From Tubulanus polymorphus (taxonomy: Eukaryota > Animalia > Nemertea): 64,000 nt of DNA. The DNA lies in contig NC_134033.1 of the NCBI RefSeq assembly GCF_964204645.1, positions 7,510,655 through 7,574,654 on the forward strand. Reading direction: 5' to 3'. The position numbers and the translations under genes were made by a program. Below the pieces are notes generated by a model. That model saw only the letters and a program-made list of their open reading frames with translations. It was not told the origin of the DNA and did no database searches. Each line of letters opens with the position of its first letter. Positions within the stretch are counted from its first letter, which is position 1. This document shows positions 62,101 through 64,000 of this stretch, in pieces.

Positions 62101-64000
62101 ACGACAATTCATTACTTTGGTTTTATCTCCAGCGACAATTCATTACGGGCTATTGTGTTCACTTTTCGTCCTTCCGTCCGTCCATAGACGGAATCCAGTT
62201 ATTTTGGGAAGTTTTGAAGACGCTTCAAGGTAATGTCTTGATATTTGGTTTATACATGTACCTACCCTAGACACATCGTCAGCCCAAAAACTGGCATTCT
62301 GAGAATCAAATCGAGTACAAATTAATTTATTACTACCAGTGATTTGGCTGCGGGCGTCAAGCAGTTAATTTAGTTTTACTAAGATAAATCATAAGTGTAC
62401 CGGGGAGTCGTAGCGTGGAGTCGTAGGCCTAAACTAAACACGCCGAAGAGATATAGCGGAGAAAAGCTGTTATGTCGACGAGGTATCAAAATAAAACAAT
62501 ATATTACTTTATTCGGCCGCGGCCCTCTATATCAATACCATCAATACTCTATATTTCCTACAGTACATACCGATCATTGTCAAATCCACAAGGTATTTAC
62601 TAAATACAAGTATATAACACACTCCTATCCGTATGCTGGACTCATACTTGACATTCGGAGTAAGTGTTCGCTGTGGGGGAAAGGAGATCGTTCGCTGTGT
62701 CGCTTGAAGTGTTTATCGAGTTTTACGCGACCTTAAAGCTTTAGTATGGTGGCTGATAAGATAAAAAAACACGAATATGCAAATGAGGGCGACATTACGA
62801 CAAAACTAAAATAACGCAAGAAAACAATGATTTTGATTTTGTCGCCCGCGACAATTCATTATTTTGGTTTTATCGCCCACGACAATTCATTACTTTGGTT
62901 TTATCGCCAGCGACAATGCATTATTTTGGTTTTGTCGCCTTCGACAATTCATTATTTTGGTTTTATATTTTGTTTTTGTCGCCCGCGACAATTTTCTTTT
63001 TTGGTGTTGTCGCCCGCGACAATTCAATATTTTGGTTTTATCGCCTGCGACAATTCATTATTTTGGTTTTGTAGCGTGAGAAAATTCATTATCTTGGTTT
63101 TATCGCCCGCGACAATTCATTATTACTGTTTTATCGCCCGTGACAATTCGTTATTTTGGTTTTGTCGCCCGCGACAATTCATCATTTTGGTTTTGTCGCC
63201 AGCGACAATTGATTATTTTGGTTTTATCGCCCGCGACAATTGATTATTTTGGTTTTATCGCCCGCGACAATTCATTATTTTGGTTTTGTCGCCCCGACAA
63301 TTCTTTTTTTGGTTTTATCTCCAGCGACAATTCATTATTTTGGTTTTGTCGCCCGCGACAATTCTTGTTTTTGGTTTTGACGCCCGCGACAATTCATTAT
63401 TTTCGTTTTATACTTTGTTTTTGTCGCCCGCGACAATTTTTTTTGGTTTTGTCGCCTGCGACAATTCAATATTTTGGTTTTGTTGCCCGCGACAATTCAT
63501 TATTTTGGTTTTATCGCCCGCGACAATTCAATATTTTGGTTTTATCGCCCACAATAATTCATTATTTTGGTTTTATCGCCCGCGACAATTCATTATTTTG
63601 GTTTTGTCGCCCCGACAATTCATTATTTTGGTTTTATCGCCCGAGACAATTCATTATTTTGGTTTTATCGCCCGCGACAATTCAATATTTTTGTTTTATC
63701 GCCCGCGACAATTCATTAGTTTGGTTTTGTCGCCCGCGACAATTCAATATTTTGGTTTTATCACCCGCGACAATTCATTATTTTGGTTTTGTCGCCCCGA
63801 CAATTCATTATTTTGGTTTTATCCCCGCGACAATTCAATATTTTTGTTTTATCGCCCGCGACAATTCATTAGTTTGGTTTTGTCGCCCGCGACAATTCAA
63901 TATTTTGGTTTTATCACCCGCGACAATTCATTATTTTGGTTTTGTCGCCCCGACAATTCATTATTTTGGTTTTATCGCCCGAGACAATTCATTATTTTGG
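59166..64000 (+). repeat. Higher-order tandem repeat (unit ~1.45-1.68 kb) containing 31-bp minisatellite arrays
   Basis: tgagaatcaaatcgagtac at 59166, 60620 and 62300. Arrays of ttcattattttggttttRtcgcccgcgacaa at ~59715-60465, 61150-62145 and 62830-64000. Confidence 0.95.
60467..60615 (+). mobile_element. HINE fragment captured in the higher-order repeat (again at 62147-62295)
   Basis: Reverse complement of ~47240-47410 (gggctattg..ttcacttttcgtcc...ttgggaagttttgaaga...taccctagacacatc). Confidence 0.8.

Noticed and set aside
59748-63243. Long ORFs (VLSPATIHYFGF..., up to 241 aa)
   Set aside because: Translations of a stop-poor minisatellite in several frames.
59715-64000. 31-bp palindromic repeats as a CRISPR array
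   Set aside because: Units are head-to-tail with no unique spacers, there are no cas genes, and the context is eukaryotic. It is a minisatellite.

Overview
AT-rich, repeat-dense animal genomic DNA, probably invertebrate; the species cannot be determined from this window. One intact host gene was assembled by hand: a five-coding-exon Mtl/MIG-2-like Rho GTPase on the minus strand, join(36418..36551, 32221..32335, 25354..25471, 24606..24766, 15996..16073), 201 aa, ending in CAAX CVVL. The rest is mostly mobile-element material: non-autonomous Helentron-like (HINE/DINE-1-type) elements with ~154-bp internal repeats, many MITEs, CR1/L2/RTE LINE relics, Penelope-like hammerhead remnants and a 2.3-kb solo LTR. 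From ~52 kb there is a pile-up of a BEL/Pao gag fragment, a decayed Gypsy element, a Polinton/adintovirus-like fragment and a 1,680-bp higher-order repeat built on a 31-bp minisatellite. The most striking observation is in the Polinton-type family B polymerase fragment (57892-58508, minus). At the catalytic (Y-x-D)|TDS site it carries the C-terminal splicing motifs of an intein (YVYDLSTDDGTFNSGFPLIQKN|TDS), i.e. an apparent intein relic in a virus-like element within an animal chromosome.
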